Below are positions 1-9,546 of a stretch of DNA of 64,000 bases, piece by piece. The notes beneath the pieces are model-generated. The model did no database searches and was not told the DNA's origin. It worked only from the letters and a program-made list of their open reading frames with translations. The position numbers and the translations under genes are program-made. Origin of the DNA: an uncultured delta proteobacterium (GTDB taxonomy: Bacteria > Myxococcota > Myxococcia > Myxococcales > Anaeromyxobacteraceae); the NCBI GenBank assembly GCA_963766715.1, contig CAVYBH010000013.1:64001-128000 (forward strand), in the 5' to 3' direction. The stretch's first letter is position 1; each line of letters opens with the position of its first letter.

Positions 1-633
1 CGTGGTCGCGATGACCGAGTGGTTGCCCCGGTTGTCCACGCCGAGCTGCGGGTTCTTGCGGATCTCCCGCATGAAGCGCACGCAGCGGGTGCAGAGGATG
101 CAGCGCTCCTGGTCGAGCACCACCAGCGAGCCGAGCTTCACCCGCTTCTGCAGCTTCACCTTGGGCACGTCGAGGCGGGAGGCCGTGGTGTCGTACTGCA
201 TGTAGTAGTCCTGGAGCTTGCACTCGCCGGACTGGTCGCAGATGGGGCAGTCGACCGGGTGGTTCACCAGCAGGAACTCGAGGGTGGCCCGCTGCTGGTC
301 CTTCACCTTGGGTGAATCGGTGCGGACGGAGATGCCCTCGGCGGCGGTCATCTGGCAGGCGGGCATCAGCTTGCCGCCCGGCGCGTTCGACATCTCCACC
401 AGGCACATGCGGCAGTTGGCGGCGATCGAGAGCCGCTTCTGCCAGCAGTAGTAGGGGATCGACACGCCCACCGTGGCGGCCGCCTCGATGATGTTGGTCC
501 CCGGCTTCACCACCACCTCGCGCCCGTCGACGGTGAAGGTCACCATGCCGGGGTTCTTGGGGGGCGGGGGCCCCGGGGGAGGCGCCGGCTTGGGGGGCGC
601 GGCGGCGGCGGCGGGCTTGGTCTCTTCGGCCAT
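1..633 (-). CDS. nuoG: NADH-quinone oxidoreductase subunit G-like Fe-S protein, 5' part (runs off window start)
   Basis: Manual translation from ATG 633: MAEETKPAAAAAPPKP...VTFTVDGREV...IPYYCWQKRLSIAANCRMC...PAC...EFLLVNHPVDCPICDQSGECKLQDY...DQERCILCTRCVRF, the N1b/N5/N4 cluster motifs of NuoG. Absent from the ORF track because it has no stop in the window. Confidence 0.9.
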   Translation of the reverse strand, partial: MAEETKPAAAAAPPKPAPPPGPPPPKNPGMVTFTVDGREVVVKPGTNIIEAAATVGVSIPYYCWQKRLSIAANCRMCLVEMSNAPGGKLMPACQMTAAEGISVRTDSPKVKDQQRATLEFLLVNHPVDCPICDQSGECKLQDYYMQYDTTASRLDVPKVKLQKRVKLGSLVVLDQERCILCTRCVRFMREIRKNPQLGVDNRGNHSVIATT

Positions 634-665
634 CTCGGGCTCCGGTCTCGCGGGTCGGGCGGGCG

Positions 666-1901
666 CTACTGCTCGACCTCGCCGCCGATCATGTTGACGG
701 TGTCGAAGGTGGGGATGAGGTCGGCGAGCAGCTTGCCCTCCATCATCTGCGGGAGCGCCATGAGCATGTTCCAGCCCGGGGCGCGCACCCCCAGCTTGTA
801 GGGGCGGCCGCCGCCGTCGGAGACGGCGTAGAAGCCCAGCTCGCCGTTGGCGGCCTCGACGTAGGCGTAGGCCTCGCCGGGCGGGACGAGGATCCCCTCC
901 ATGATGATCTTGAAGTGGGCCATGGCGCCCTCGATCGAGCCGTAGACCTCGGGCTTGGGGGGCAGGACGAAGCGCGCGTCGTCGGCGGCGATGGCGCCCG
1001 GCTCCATCTGCTCGAAGCACTGGCGGACGATGCGGTCGCACTGCTTCAGCTCCTCCATCCGCATCAGGTAGCGATCGAAGTTGTCGCCGTTCGATCCCAC
1101 CGGGACGTCGAAGTCGAGCCGGTCGTAGACCAGGTAGGGGGAGGACTTGCGGACGTCGTACGGCTCGCCGGAGGCGCGCAGGCAGGGGCCGGTGAAGCCG
1201 TAGTCGATGGCGTCCTCGCGGGAGATGACGCCGGTGCCCCGGCAGCGATCGATGACGATGCGGTTGCGGGTGAGGAGCTTGTCGATCTCGACCCGCATCT
1301 CCTCGGCGCGATCGAGGGTGCGCAGCACCTTCTCCTCCCAGCCGGGCGGGAGGTCGCGGGACACGCCGCCCACGCGGGCGTAGTTCGACGTGAGGCGCGC
1401 GCCGCAGAGCTCGGTCAGGCGGTCCCAGATGAGGTCGCGGGCCTCCATGCCGTAGATGAGGACGGTCATGGCGCCGAGCTCGAGCCCCATGGCGCTGACC
1501 AGGGTGAAGTGATCGCACATCCGGTGCAGCTCGGAGGTGACCACGCGGAGGTACTGGGCGCGCTCCGGGATCTTCAGGCCGCAGAGCTTCTCCACCGCCA
1601 GCGCGTAGCCGACGTTGTTCATGATCGACGAGACGTAGTTGAGCCGGTCCGTGTACGGGAACACCTGGGTCCAGGTGACGTTCTCGCAGGACTTCTCGAA
1701 GCCCCGGTGCAGGAAGCCGATGTCCAGCTTCATGCCGTGGATGGCCTCGCCGTCCAGCTCGACCACCGCGCGCACCGTGCCGTGCATGGCGGGGTGGCTG
1801 GGGCCGAGGTTGACGAGCATCCGCTTCGTCGGGAAGGGCGCGTCGAGCGGGCTCGGCGCCGCGGGGACGGGGAGGACGGGGGTCTCGGTGGCCTTGGACA
1901 T
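666..1901 (-). CDS. nuoD: NADH-quinone oxidoreductase subunit D (copy 1)
   Basis: NLGPSHPAMHG, IGFLHRGFEK, DRLNY, C-terminal GGEVEQ; no NiFe CxxC ligands. Confidence 0.95.
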   Translation of the reverse strand: MSKATETPVLPVPAAPSPLDAPFPTKRMLVNLGPSHPAMHGTVRAVVELDGEAIHGMKLDIGFLHRGFEKSCENVTWTQVFPYTDRLNYVSSIMNNVGYALAVEKLCGLKIPERAQYLRVVTSELHRMCDHFTLVSAMGLELGAMTVLIYGMEARDLIWDRLTELCGARLTSNYARVGGVSRDLPPGWEEKVLRTLDRAEEMRVEIDKLLTRNRIVIDRCRGTGVISREDAIDYGFTGPCLRASGEPYDVRKSSPYLVYDRLDFDVPVGSNGDNFDRYLMRMEELKQCDRIVRQCFEQMEPGAIAADDARFVLPPKPEVYGSIEGAMAHFKIIMEGILVPPGEAYAYVEAANGELGFYAVSDGGGRPYKLGVRAPGWNMLMALPQMMEGKLLADLIPTFDTVNMIGGEVEQ

Positions 1902-1928
1902 GTTTCCTCGCCTGGAGTTCGCCGGACC

Positions 1929-2450
1929 CTAGTTGCCGGACGGGCCGGGGCCGCGGAAGGGCTCGTCCACGTGCCGCTCCTCGATGAGCGGCTGGCGGCC
2001 GCGCAGCGGGTAGTCCTTGCGGAGCGGGTGGCCGACGAACTCCTCGTACATGTAGAGCCGGCGCATGTCGGGGTGCCCCTCGAACCGGATGCCGTACATG
2101 TCCCAGCAGTACCGCTCGTACCAGTTGGCGCCCTTCCAGAGGGGGGTCACGCTCTGGACGACCGGGTCGCTCTCCGGGACGCCGACGCGCAGCCGGATGC
2201 GGTGGTTCTTCTTCGTCGAGTACATCTGGTACACGAGCTCGTAGCGCGGCTCGGAGCCCATGTAGTCGACGGCGGTGATGTACGGGGCCATGTCGAAGGC
2301 CATCTCCGGATCCTGCTTCAGGAACCGGCAGACCTCCTCGATGGACTCCTTCTTCACCAGGGCCACGTCGTCGCCGCCCGGGCCCACGTAGGTCTCGGTC
2401 ACCGCGCCGGGGAATCGCTCCTTCAGCGTCTGGAGTGCGGCCTGGGACAC
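1929..2450 (-). CDS. nuoC: NADH-quinone oxidoreductase subunit C (copy 1)
   Basis: ANWYER..WDMYGIRFEGHPDMRR...GHPLRKDYP. Confidence 0.95.
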   Translation of the reverse strand: MSQAALQTLKERFPGAVTETYVGPGGDDVALVKKESIEEVCRFLKQDPEMAFDMAPYITAVDYMGSEPRYELVYQMYSTKKNHRIRLRVGVPESDPVVQSVTPLWKGANWYERYCWDMYGIRFEGHPDMRRLYMYEEFVGHPLRKDYPLRGRQPLIEERHVDEPFRGPGPSGN

Positions 2451-2453
2451 GGT

Positions 2454-3005
2454 CTACCCCTTCGCCGGGAGGGCCGGCTTCTCGCGTTCGGTGAGCGTGT
2501 GGCGCTGATCCTGGATCTTCTGCTGCAGGAGGATGATCCCGTCGAGCACCTGCTCCGGGCGCGGCGGGCACCCGGGGATGTAGACGTCGACCGGGATGAT
2601 CCGGTCGATCCCCTGCATGGTGGCGTAGTTGTCGTAGAAGCCGCCCGACGAGGCGCAGACGCCGAAGGCCACCACCCACTTCGGGTCGGCCATGGAGTCG
2701 TAGACCCGCTTCAGGATGGGAGCCTGCTTCACGTTGATCGTGCCCACCACCATCAGGAGGTCGGCCTGCCGCGGGGAGAAGCGCGGCAGCGCGGCGCCGA
2801 AGCGGTCGAGGTCGTAGCGCGCGGCGGCCACGGCCATGAACTCCATGCCGCAGCAGGCGGTGACGAACGGGTACTGGAAGAGGCTGTACTTCCGGGCCCA
2901 GCCGAGCCCCTTCGACACCATCTTCTCCAGCCCGGAGAGCGCGTCCTCCCTGCGGGTGGCGATGGCCGGGACGAGGTCGAGATCCGAGGTCGCGGACATG
3001 GTCAC
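2454..3005 (-). CDS. nuoB: NADH-quinone oxidoreductase subunit B (copy 1)
   Basis: [34 protein letters not shown]. Confidence 0.95.
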   Translation of the reverse strand: MTMSATSDLDLVPAIATRREDALSGLEKMVSKGLGWARKYSLFQYPFVTACCGMEFMAVAAARYDLDRFGAALPRFSPRQADLLMVVGTINVKQAPILKRVYDSMADPKWVVAFGVCASSGGFYDNYATMQGIDRIIPVDVYIPGCPPRPEQVLDGIILLQQKIQDQRHTLTEREKPALPAKG

Positions 3006-3373
3006 TCCCGGCTCCAGTCGATGGCGCCCTTCTTCCAGACGTACACGAGGCCGACGATCAGGGTGGCGCCGAAGACCGCCATGACCACGAAGGAGGGCCA
3101 GCCCAGCTCCCCGAGCGTCACCGCCCAGGGGTACATGAAGACCGCCTCGACGTCGAAGACCACGAAGAGGAGCGCAAGCAGGTAGAACTTCACGTCGAAC
3201 CGGTCGCGCGCCAGGCCCGACGGGAGGGAGCCGAACTCGAAGGGGCTCCTCTTGGCCTCGTTGGGCCGGCGGGGCCCCAGGAGGTTCGCGAGACCCAGGA
3301 GCGTGAGCCCCAGAATCACTGCGAGTACGATGACGACCGCGAGCGGGAAATAGCTCTGCAGGGCTGTTGTCAT
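3002..3373 (-). CDS. nuoA: NADH-quinone oxidoreductase subunit A (copy 1)
   Basis: Three TM segments, PFEFG, KFYLLALLFVVFDVE, WKKGAIDW. Confidence 0.95.
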   Translation of the reverse strand: MTTALQSYFPLAVVIVLAVILGLTLLGLANLLGPRRPNEAKRSPFEFGSLPSGLARDRFDVKFYLLALLFVVFDVEAVFMYPWAVTLGELGWPSFVVMAVFGATLIVGLVYVWKKGAIDWSRE

Positions 3374-3467
3374 GGGGTGACCGAGTGAGGGGTCAAGGTG
3401 CTCCTAACTGCCTGTATGCATCTGTTTCGTCAAGCGGAATCACCGCTTCCTGGCCTGGATTCGACGC

Positions 3468-3495
3468 TTGACTCCATGGACCGGGACTGTACACT
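3468..3495 (+). promoter_or_regulatory. Putative sigma70 promoter of the rightward nuo operon
   Basis: TTGACT-16 nt-TACACT, about 50 nt upstream of ATG 3545. Confidence 0.6.
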
Positions 3496-3544
3496 CCGCG
3501 CCCTCTTTGGAGCCCTCCCACCTCCTGCTTCAGGGGTCTTTCAC

Positions 3545-3988
3545 ATGGGCTATCAGTTCGCCGCCGTCCTCGCGTTCGCTGCCGTCGCGGTCCTGCTCCC
3601 GTTCGGGTTGCTTTTCGCGTTCAAGCTCATCCGCCCGTCGTTCCCGACCGACGACAAATCGATGATTTACGAGTGCGGCGAGAAGCCCATCGGCCGCGCC
3701 TGGTTCAACTTCAACCCCCGCTTCTACCTGGTCGCCCTGGTCTTCGAGATCTTCGAGGTCGACCTGGCGCTGACCTTCCCCGTCGCCGTCGTCTACAAGG
3801 ACTGGATCGCCGCGGGCCCCACCTTCGCGTGGGTCGCCTTCGCCGAGCTCTTCCTCTTCATCGCCATCCTCGTGGTCGGCCTGGTGTGGGTCTGGGCCAG
3901 CGGGGACCTGGAATGGGTGAAGAAGCTGGCGGTGGTGGACGAGGGGCCCGACGAGGTCGCCCCGTCCCCGGCATCCAAGGCCGCCTGA
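3545..3988 (+). CDS. nuoA: NADH-quinone oxidoreductase subunit A (copy 2)
   Basis: [25 protein letters not shown]; start taken at ATG 3545 (MGYQFAAV). Confidence 0.93.
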   Translation: MGYQFAAVLAFAAVAVLLPFGLLFAFKLIRPSFPTDDKSMIYECGEKPIGRAWFNFNPRFYLVALVFEIFEVDLALTFPVAVVYKDWIAAGPTFAWVAFAELFLFIAILVVGLVWVWASGDLEWVKKLAVVDEGPDEVAPSPASKAA

Positions 3989-4005
3989 TCCACGGAGAGA
4001 ACCGC

Positions 4006-4542
4006 ATGGCCAACCGAGACACCATGGACGCGGAGATGGGCGGCGACGTCGTCTTCGCCCACACCAGCCAGCTCGACAAGATCATCAACCTGGCCCGCGC
4101 CAACTCGCTGCACTACCTGCTCTTCGGCCTCGCCTGCTGCGGCATCGAGCTGATGCAGTTCGGCGGCCCGCGCGCCGACGCCGACCGGTTCGGGGCGGTC
4201 TTCCGGGCCACCCCGCGCCAGGCCGACTTCATGATCGTGGCCGGCACGCTCACCTACAAGATGGCCGAGCGGCTGAAGCTGCTCTACGACCAGATGGCCG
4301 AGCCCAAGTACGTGATCTCCATGGGCTCCTGCGCCAACTGCGGCGGCCTCTTCCAGCTCGCCTACTCGGTCTGCAAGGGCGTGGACAAGGTGGTCCCGGT
4401 GGACGTCTACGTCCCGGGCTGCCCGCCGCGCCCCGAGGCCCTGACCGAGGGGCTCCTCCGGCTCCAGGACCTGGTGATGCGCGAGCGCTGGAAGGACAAG
4501 CGCCGCCCCCCCGCGCCGCTGACCGCTGGCGGCAAGGCCTAG
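4006..4542 (+). CDS. nuoB: NADH-quinone oxidoreductase subunit B (copy 2)
   Basis: [44 protein letters not shown] before ATG 4006. Confidence 0.95.
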   Translation: MANRDTMDAEMGGDVVFAHTSQLDKIINLARANSLHYLLFGLACCGIELMQFGGPRADADRFGAVFRATPRQADFMIVAGTLTYKMAERLKLLYDQMAEPKYVISMGSCANCGGLFQLAYSVCKGVDKVVPVDVYVPGCPPRPEALTEGLLRLQDLVMRERWKDKRRPPAPLTAGGKA

Positions 4543-4557
4543 CTTCCGGGAGACGGG

Positions 4558-5202
4558 ATGACCACCATCGAGATCCACCAGAAGCTCCAGGAAGCCTTCG
4601 GCGACGCGATCGGGCCGCTCTCCGAGCCCAAGATCGATCCCTTCGCCGTGGTGAAGGCCGACCGGATCGTCGAGGTCTGCGCCTGGCTCAAGAAGGCGCC
4701 GGGCATCGAGCTCGACTTCCTCGAGGACCTGACCGCGGTCGACTGGCCGAAGCGGAACGTGATCGAGGTCGTCTACCACCTCCAGTCCTTCCCCCATCGC
4801 CACGGCATCGTCCTCAAGGTCGAGACCGACCGGGCGAACCCGGTCGTCGACTCGGTGCAGGGGGTCTGGAAGGCCGCCAACTGGCTGGAGCGGGAGGTCT
4901 ACGACCTCTTCGGCGTCGGCTTCACCGGCCACCCCGACCTCCGCCGCGTCATGCTCCCCGACGACTGGGTCGGCCACCCGCTCCGCAAGGACTACCAGGA
5001 GGCCGGCGGCTTCCACGGGATCCCGAACCTCCGCGAGAACCCGCTCGTCGAGCTCCGCCGCATCGACCTGGTCCGCATCGCCGAGCATCTCAAGCTCCAC
5101 CCGCCTCCGCCCCCTCCCCCGCCGGCGCCGCCTCCCGCGGCCCCTCCCGCGGCCGGGGCTCCGCCCGCGCCGTCCACCCCGCCCGCGGCTCCGAAGGCCT
5201 AG
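4558..5202 (+). CDS. nuoC: NADH-quinone oxidoreductase subunit C (copy 2), Pro/Ala-rich tail
   Basis: [24 protein letters not shown]...GHPLRKDY. Confidence 0.95.
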   Translation: MTTIEIHQKLQEAFGDAIGPLSEPKIDPFAVVKADRIVEVCAWLKKAPGIELDFLEDLTAVDWPKRNVIEVVYHLQSFPHRHGIVLKVETDRANPVVDSVQGVWKAANWLEREVYDLFGVGFTGHPDLRRVMLPDDWVGHPLRKDYQEAGGFHGIPNLRENPLVELRRIDLVRIAEHLKLHPPPPPPPPAPPPAAPPAAGAPPAPSTPPAAPKA

Positions 5203-5212
5203 AGGACCCGAC

Positions 5213-6352
5213 ATGTCGAAGCTCGTCCTGCGCCGCCTGGATCGGAACAACGAGGAGATGCTCGTCAACTTCGGTCCGCAGCACCCGTCCACCCACGGCG
5301 TGCTCAACTTCCTCGTCGAGACCGACGGGGAGGTGATGAAGCGGGCCATCCCGGACATCGGCTACCTGCACCGCTCGCTGGAGAAGATCGGCGAGATGGT
5401 CGGGTACCCCGGGTACATGCCCTACACCGACCGCATCGACTACCTCGCCGCCATGTTCGCGAACGAGGGGTACGCGATGGCGGTGGAGAAGCTCATCAAG
5501 GTCCAGGTCCCGCCGCGGGCCCTCTACCTGCGGGCCATCTCCTGCGAGCTGAACCGCATCGCCAGCCACCTGGTGTCGATCGGCACCATGGCCACCGACA
5601 TCGGCGCGGTCACGCCGCTCGTCTACGCGCTGCGCGAGCGGGAGATCATCAACGACCTGCTCGAGGCGCTCTGCGGCGCCCGCCTCACCTACAACTACCA
5701 CCGCATCGGCGGCGTGGCCTTCGACATGCCCGAGGGCTGGCGCGACAAGGTCGTGAAGTACCTCGACCGCTTCGACAGCTCGGTGCAGGAGTGGGATCGC
5801 CTCATCACCTGGAACGAGATCTACAAGAAGCGGCTGGGCGGCGTGGCCGTGATCTCGCGCGAGCAGGCCATCGACTACGGCCTCTCCGGCCCGAACCTGC
5901 GCGGCAGCGGGGTCGACTGGGACCTGCGCCGCGACGTCCCGTACGGCGCCTACCCCGACTTCAAGTTCGACGTCCCGGTGGGCCGCGGCTGGGCCGGCAA
6001 GGTCGGCGACTGCTTCGACCGCTACTACGTGCGCGTGCTCGAGATGGCGCAGTCGTCGCGCATCGTCCGCCAGGCCCTCGAGAAGATGCCCGAGGGCGAG
6101 ATCCAGGCCAAGGTGCCCCGCAAGATCAAGCCCGAGGCCGGCGAGGCGCAGTCGCGCATCGAGTCGGCCCGCGGCGAGATGGCCTACTACCTGGTCTCCG
6201 ACGCCACCGAGCGCGCCTACCGCGTCCGGGCCCGCACCGGCTCCTACATGGCGATGGGAATCATCGAGGACATCTCCCCCGGCCTGATGGTCGCGGACCT
6301 CGTGGCCCTCATCGCTTCCCTCGACGTGGTGGCACCCGAGACGGATCGCTAG
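5213..6352 (+). CDS. nuoD: NADH-quinone oxidoreductase subunit D (copy 2)
   Basis: [27 protein letters not shown]-terminal DVVAPETDR. Confidence 0.95.
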   Translation: MSKLVLRRLDRNNEEMLVNFGPQHPSTHGVLNFLVETDGEVMKRAIPDIGYLHRSLEKIGEMVGYPGYMPYTDRIDYLAAMFANEGYAMAVEKLIKVQVPPRALYLRAISCELNRIASHLVSIGTMATDIGAVTPLVYALREREIINDLLEALCGARLTYNYHRIGGVAFDMPEGWRDKVVKYLDRFDSSVQEWDRLITWNEIYKKRLGGVAVISREQAIDYGLSGPNLRGSGVDWDLRRDVPYGAYPDFKFDVPVGRGWAGKVGDCFDRYYVRVLEMAQSSRIVRQALEKMPEGEIQAKVPRKIKPEAGEAQSRIESARGEMAYYLVSDATERAYRVRARTGSYMAMGIIEDISPGLMVADLVALIASLDVVAPETDR

Positions 6353-6354
6353 CC

Positions 6355-7735
6355 ATGGCCCAGTTCACCTTCGCCTTCCCGAAGCCCAGCACGAAGAAGA
6401 TCCTCGTCGGCGCGTCGCTCGCCGCCGTGCTCGCCATCCCCGCCCTGCTGGCGAGCCTGCTCGTCTTCGTCATCCCCATGATCCACAAGCCGGTCTTCGA
6501 CGCGTTCATCCGCGAGAAGCTCGGCCACGACCCGGCGACCTGGGCCGGCACCCAGTGGACCTACGCGATCGGCCTCTTCCTGGCCGGCATCGTCATGTTC
6601 ACCTTCGCGGCCATCTCGGGCGGCATCTTCTCCTGGTACGAGCGGCGCGTGGCCGGCCGCATCCAGAGCCGCATCGGCCCCAACCGCGTGGGCGTGGGCG
6701 GCTTCTTCCAGTGGATCGCCGACGCCGTGAAGCTCCTCTTCAAGGAGGACCTCATCCCGGCCGAGGCCGACTCGGTGCTCTTCCGCGCCGCGCCGTACTT
6801 CGTCGTGGCCGGCATGACGCTGGTGCTCGTGACGCTGCCCTTCGGCCAGTCGGTCGTGGTGGCGGACCTGAACGTCGGCATCTTCTACATCCTGGCGGTC
6901 ACCTCGCTCATCGTGGTGGGCATCATCCTCTCCGGGTGGTCGTCCAACTCGAAGTGGGCGCTCTTCGGCGCCATCCGCGCCGCCGCCCAGATCATCAGCT
7001 ACGAGGTGCCCGCCGGCCTGGCCATCCTGGTCCCGGTGCTCATGGCCGGCACGCTCTCCACCCAGGGGCTCATCCAGGCCCAGGGCGGCTGGCCCTGGGA
7101 GTGGTTCTTCTTCCGGAACCCGGCCGCCGCGGTGGCCTTCGTCATCCTGTTCATCTCGCAGCTCGCCGAGGGCAACCGGACCCCGTTCGACCTGGCCGAG
7201 GCCGAGTCGGAGCTCGTGGCCGGCTACCTCTCCGAGTACTCGGGCTTCCGCTTCGCCCTCTACTTCCTGGTGGAGTGGGCCAACCTCTGGATCATCGGCG
7301 CCATCACCACCACCCTCTTCCTGGGCGGCTGGCAGATCCCGGGCGTCACCGCGCAGGACTGGGCGGCGGTCCGCGGCACCGGCGCCTTCCCGGCCTGGGG
7401 CTGGTGGGCGCTGCAGTTCGTCTCGCTGGGCGTCTTCGCCTTCAAGACGCTGGTCCAGGTCAACGTCATCATCTGGATCCGCTGGACGCTGCCCCGCATC
7501 CGCGTCGACCAGATGATGCAGCTCTGCTGGAAGTACCTGGTCCCGGCCGGCTTCGCCTGCATGCTCTACACGCTGCTCTGGCAGATGGTGGTGGCCTGGG
7601 CCCCGCTCGTCGAGAAGGTCACCGCGGTGGTGGTCTTCGGCGGCCTTCCTCTACGCCACCTGGCGCTTCCTCAAGCTGACCCGTCACAACGTCTCGCTCA
7701 TCGCCGGCGAGCACGTCGACCTCTCGAACTGGTAG
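6355..7735 (+). CDS. nuoH: NADH-quinone oxidoreductase subunit H; apparent frameshift near 7645
   Basis: ERRVAGRIQSRIGPNRVG, QWIADAVKLLFKED, AEGNRTPFDLAEAESELVAGY, PRIRVDQMM; the C-terminus continues in another frame (FLYATWRFLKL...DLSNW*). Confidence 0.93.
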
Positions 7736-7748
7736 GAACACGCCCGCC

Positions 7749-8580
7749 ATGTCCGTCACCGCCAGCGATTACGTCGGCAACATCCGGGACACCGTGAAGT
7801 CCTTCTGGCAGGGGATGTCGGTGACCCTGTCGCAGGTCCTCCGGCGCCCCATCACCATCCAGTACCCGGACCGGCTCCAGATCCCCATCGAGGACTCGCT
7901 GCCGCCCCGCTACCGCGGCTTCCTCGAGGTGGACGCCAGCATCTGCACCGGCTGCCAGGCCTGCGAGCGCGCCTGCCCGATCAGCTGCATCCAGATCGAG
8001 CTCGAGAAGGACCCCTCGAACCCGAAGCAGCGCGTGGTCTCGCAGTTCGACATCGACGAGGCCAAGTGCATGTTCTGTGGCCTCTGCGTCGAGCCCTGCC
8101 CCACCGGCGCCATCCAGCACACCCGCGAGTTCGAGGCCACCCAGCGCTCGGTCCGCAACCTGGTCTTCCGGTGGGCCGATCCCCTCGCGCCCTTCCCCGT
8201 CTACAAGGTCGTGAAGGGCGCCCCGTACATCCCCCGCGCGCCGCTCGGCTCGCTCGTCCGCGAGCTCCTGGCCCACCGGCGCTGGGACGCGACCTCGGTG
8301 AACTACCTGCCGCCGGTGGCGCTCCAGCCGCCGCCCCCGCCGCCGCCCAAGCCGGCCCCTGCGGCCAAGCCCCCGGCCCCGAAGCCCGCCGAGGGCGCGG
8401 CGCCTGCGGCTCCCGCGGCGAAGGCCGCACCGCTGCCGCTGCGCCGGCCGCCGCCCCGTGCCGCCCGCCGCTGCACCGGCCGCCGCCCCCGTGGCCGCTC
8501 CCGCCGCCGCACCGGCCCCTGCTCCCGCCCCGGCGCCTGCCGCCGCACCGGCCGTGAAGCCGGACGAGCCCAAGTCCTGA
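7749..8580 (+). CDS. nuoI: NADH-quinone oxidoreductase subunit I with long Pro/Ala/Lys extension; frameshift in tail near 8430-8450
   Basis: TIQYPD, CTGCQACERACP, CMFCGLCVEPCP; the tail reads PAPAPAAAPAVKPDEPKS* in a shifted frame. Confidence 0.92.
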
Positions 8581-8593
8581 CCGAGAGGCCCTC

Positions 8594-9223
8594 ATGCGAC
8601 CCGTGAAGAAGCTCATCGCCTGGACCCTCGGAAGCGCGGCCGTCGTCGCCGCCGTCGGGGTCCTCTCCGCCCGCCTCTCCCCGGCGCTCGCCGCCGGGGC
8701 GGCGCGGCCGCTGGCCGGCCCGTTCACCCTGGCCGACGGCATCTTCTACTTCCTGGCCGCGCTCGCCGTGGGCGGCGCCGGCGGGGTGGCCCTCTCCCGG
8801 AACATCCTCTACTCGGCGCTGGGGCTGCTCGCGTCCCTCCTCGGGGTCGCGGGGCTCTACGTCTTCCTCTCCGCCGACTTCCTGGCCGTGGCCCAGGTGA
8901 TGATCTACATCGGCGGCGTCCTCGTGCTGGTGCTCTTCGCGGTGATGCTCACGAACCGCATCGGCGAGGTGAACATCTCCAACGCCAGCCTGGGCTGGGC
9001 CTCCGGGGCGCTGCTCTCCGCGGTCATGGCCGCCCTCCTGCTCCTCGTCGCCTTCGAGGTTCCCTGGGCCGCCCGCCTCCCGGCCGGAGGCCCGACCACG
9101 GCGCCGCTGGGCCACGCGCTCCTGCAGCAGTGGCTGCTCCCCTTCGAGCTCGCGTCCCTCATCCTGCTCGCCACCCTGATCGGCGCCATCGTCATCGCCC
9201 GCAAGGAGATCCGGGCCGAGTAG
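8594..9223 (+). CDS. nuoJ: NADH-quinone oxidoreductase subunit J
   Basis: ADFLAVAQVMIYIGGVLVLVLFAVML, LLPFELASLILL. Confidence 0.93.
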   Translation: MRPVKKLIAWTLGSAAVVAAVGVLSARLSPALAAGAARPLAGPFTLADGIFYFLAALAVGGAGGVALSRNILYSALGLLASLLGVAGLYVFLSADFLAVAQVMIYIGGVLVLVLFAVMLTNRIGEVNISNASLGWASGALLSAVMAALLLLVAFEVPWAARLPAGGPTTAPLGHALLQQWLLPFELASLILLATLIGAIVIARKEIRAE

Positions 9224-9236
9224 GCCGGAGACGCCC

Positions 9237-9545
9237 ATGATCCCCACCCTCTCCCACTTCCTGGCGGTCGCGGCGCTGCTCTTCGCGGCCGGCCTCTTCA
9301 CGGTGCTCACCCGGCGCAACGCGGTGGCCATCCTGATGGGCGTCGAGCTGATGCTCAACGGCGCCAACGTCAACCTCGTCGCCTTCAACCGCTACGTGGT
9401 CGGCGGGCTGGCCGGCCAGACCTTCGCCCTCTTCGTCGTGGTGCTCGCCGCGGCCGAGGCCGCGGTGGGCCTGGCCATCGTCCTGAGCATCTTCCACACC
9501 TTCAAGACCATCGACGTCCGCGCTGCGGACCTGATGCGAGAGTGA
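9237..9545 (+). CDS. nuoK: NADH-quinone oxidoreductase subunit K
   Basis: RRNAVAILMGVELMLN, AAAEAAVGLA. Confidence 0.95.
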   Translation: MIPTLSHFLAVAALLFAAGLFTVLTRRNAVAILMGVELMLNGANVNLVAFNRYVVGGLAGQTFALFVVVLAAAEAAVGLAIVLSIFHTFKTIDVRAADLMRE

Positions 9546-9546
9546 G

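Noticed and set aside
666..6352. NuoD/NuoB copies as a group 4 NiFe-hydrogenase
   Set aside because: Neither D subunit has the N- and C-terminal CxxC Ni ligands; the quinone-site His and Tyr motifs are present
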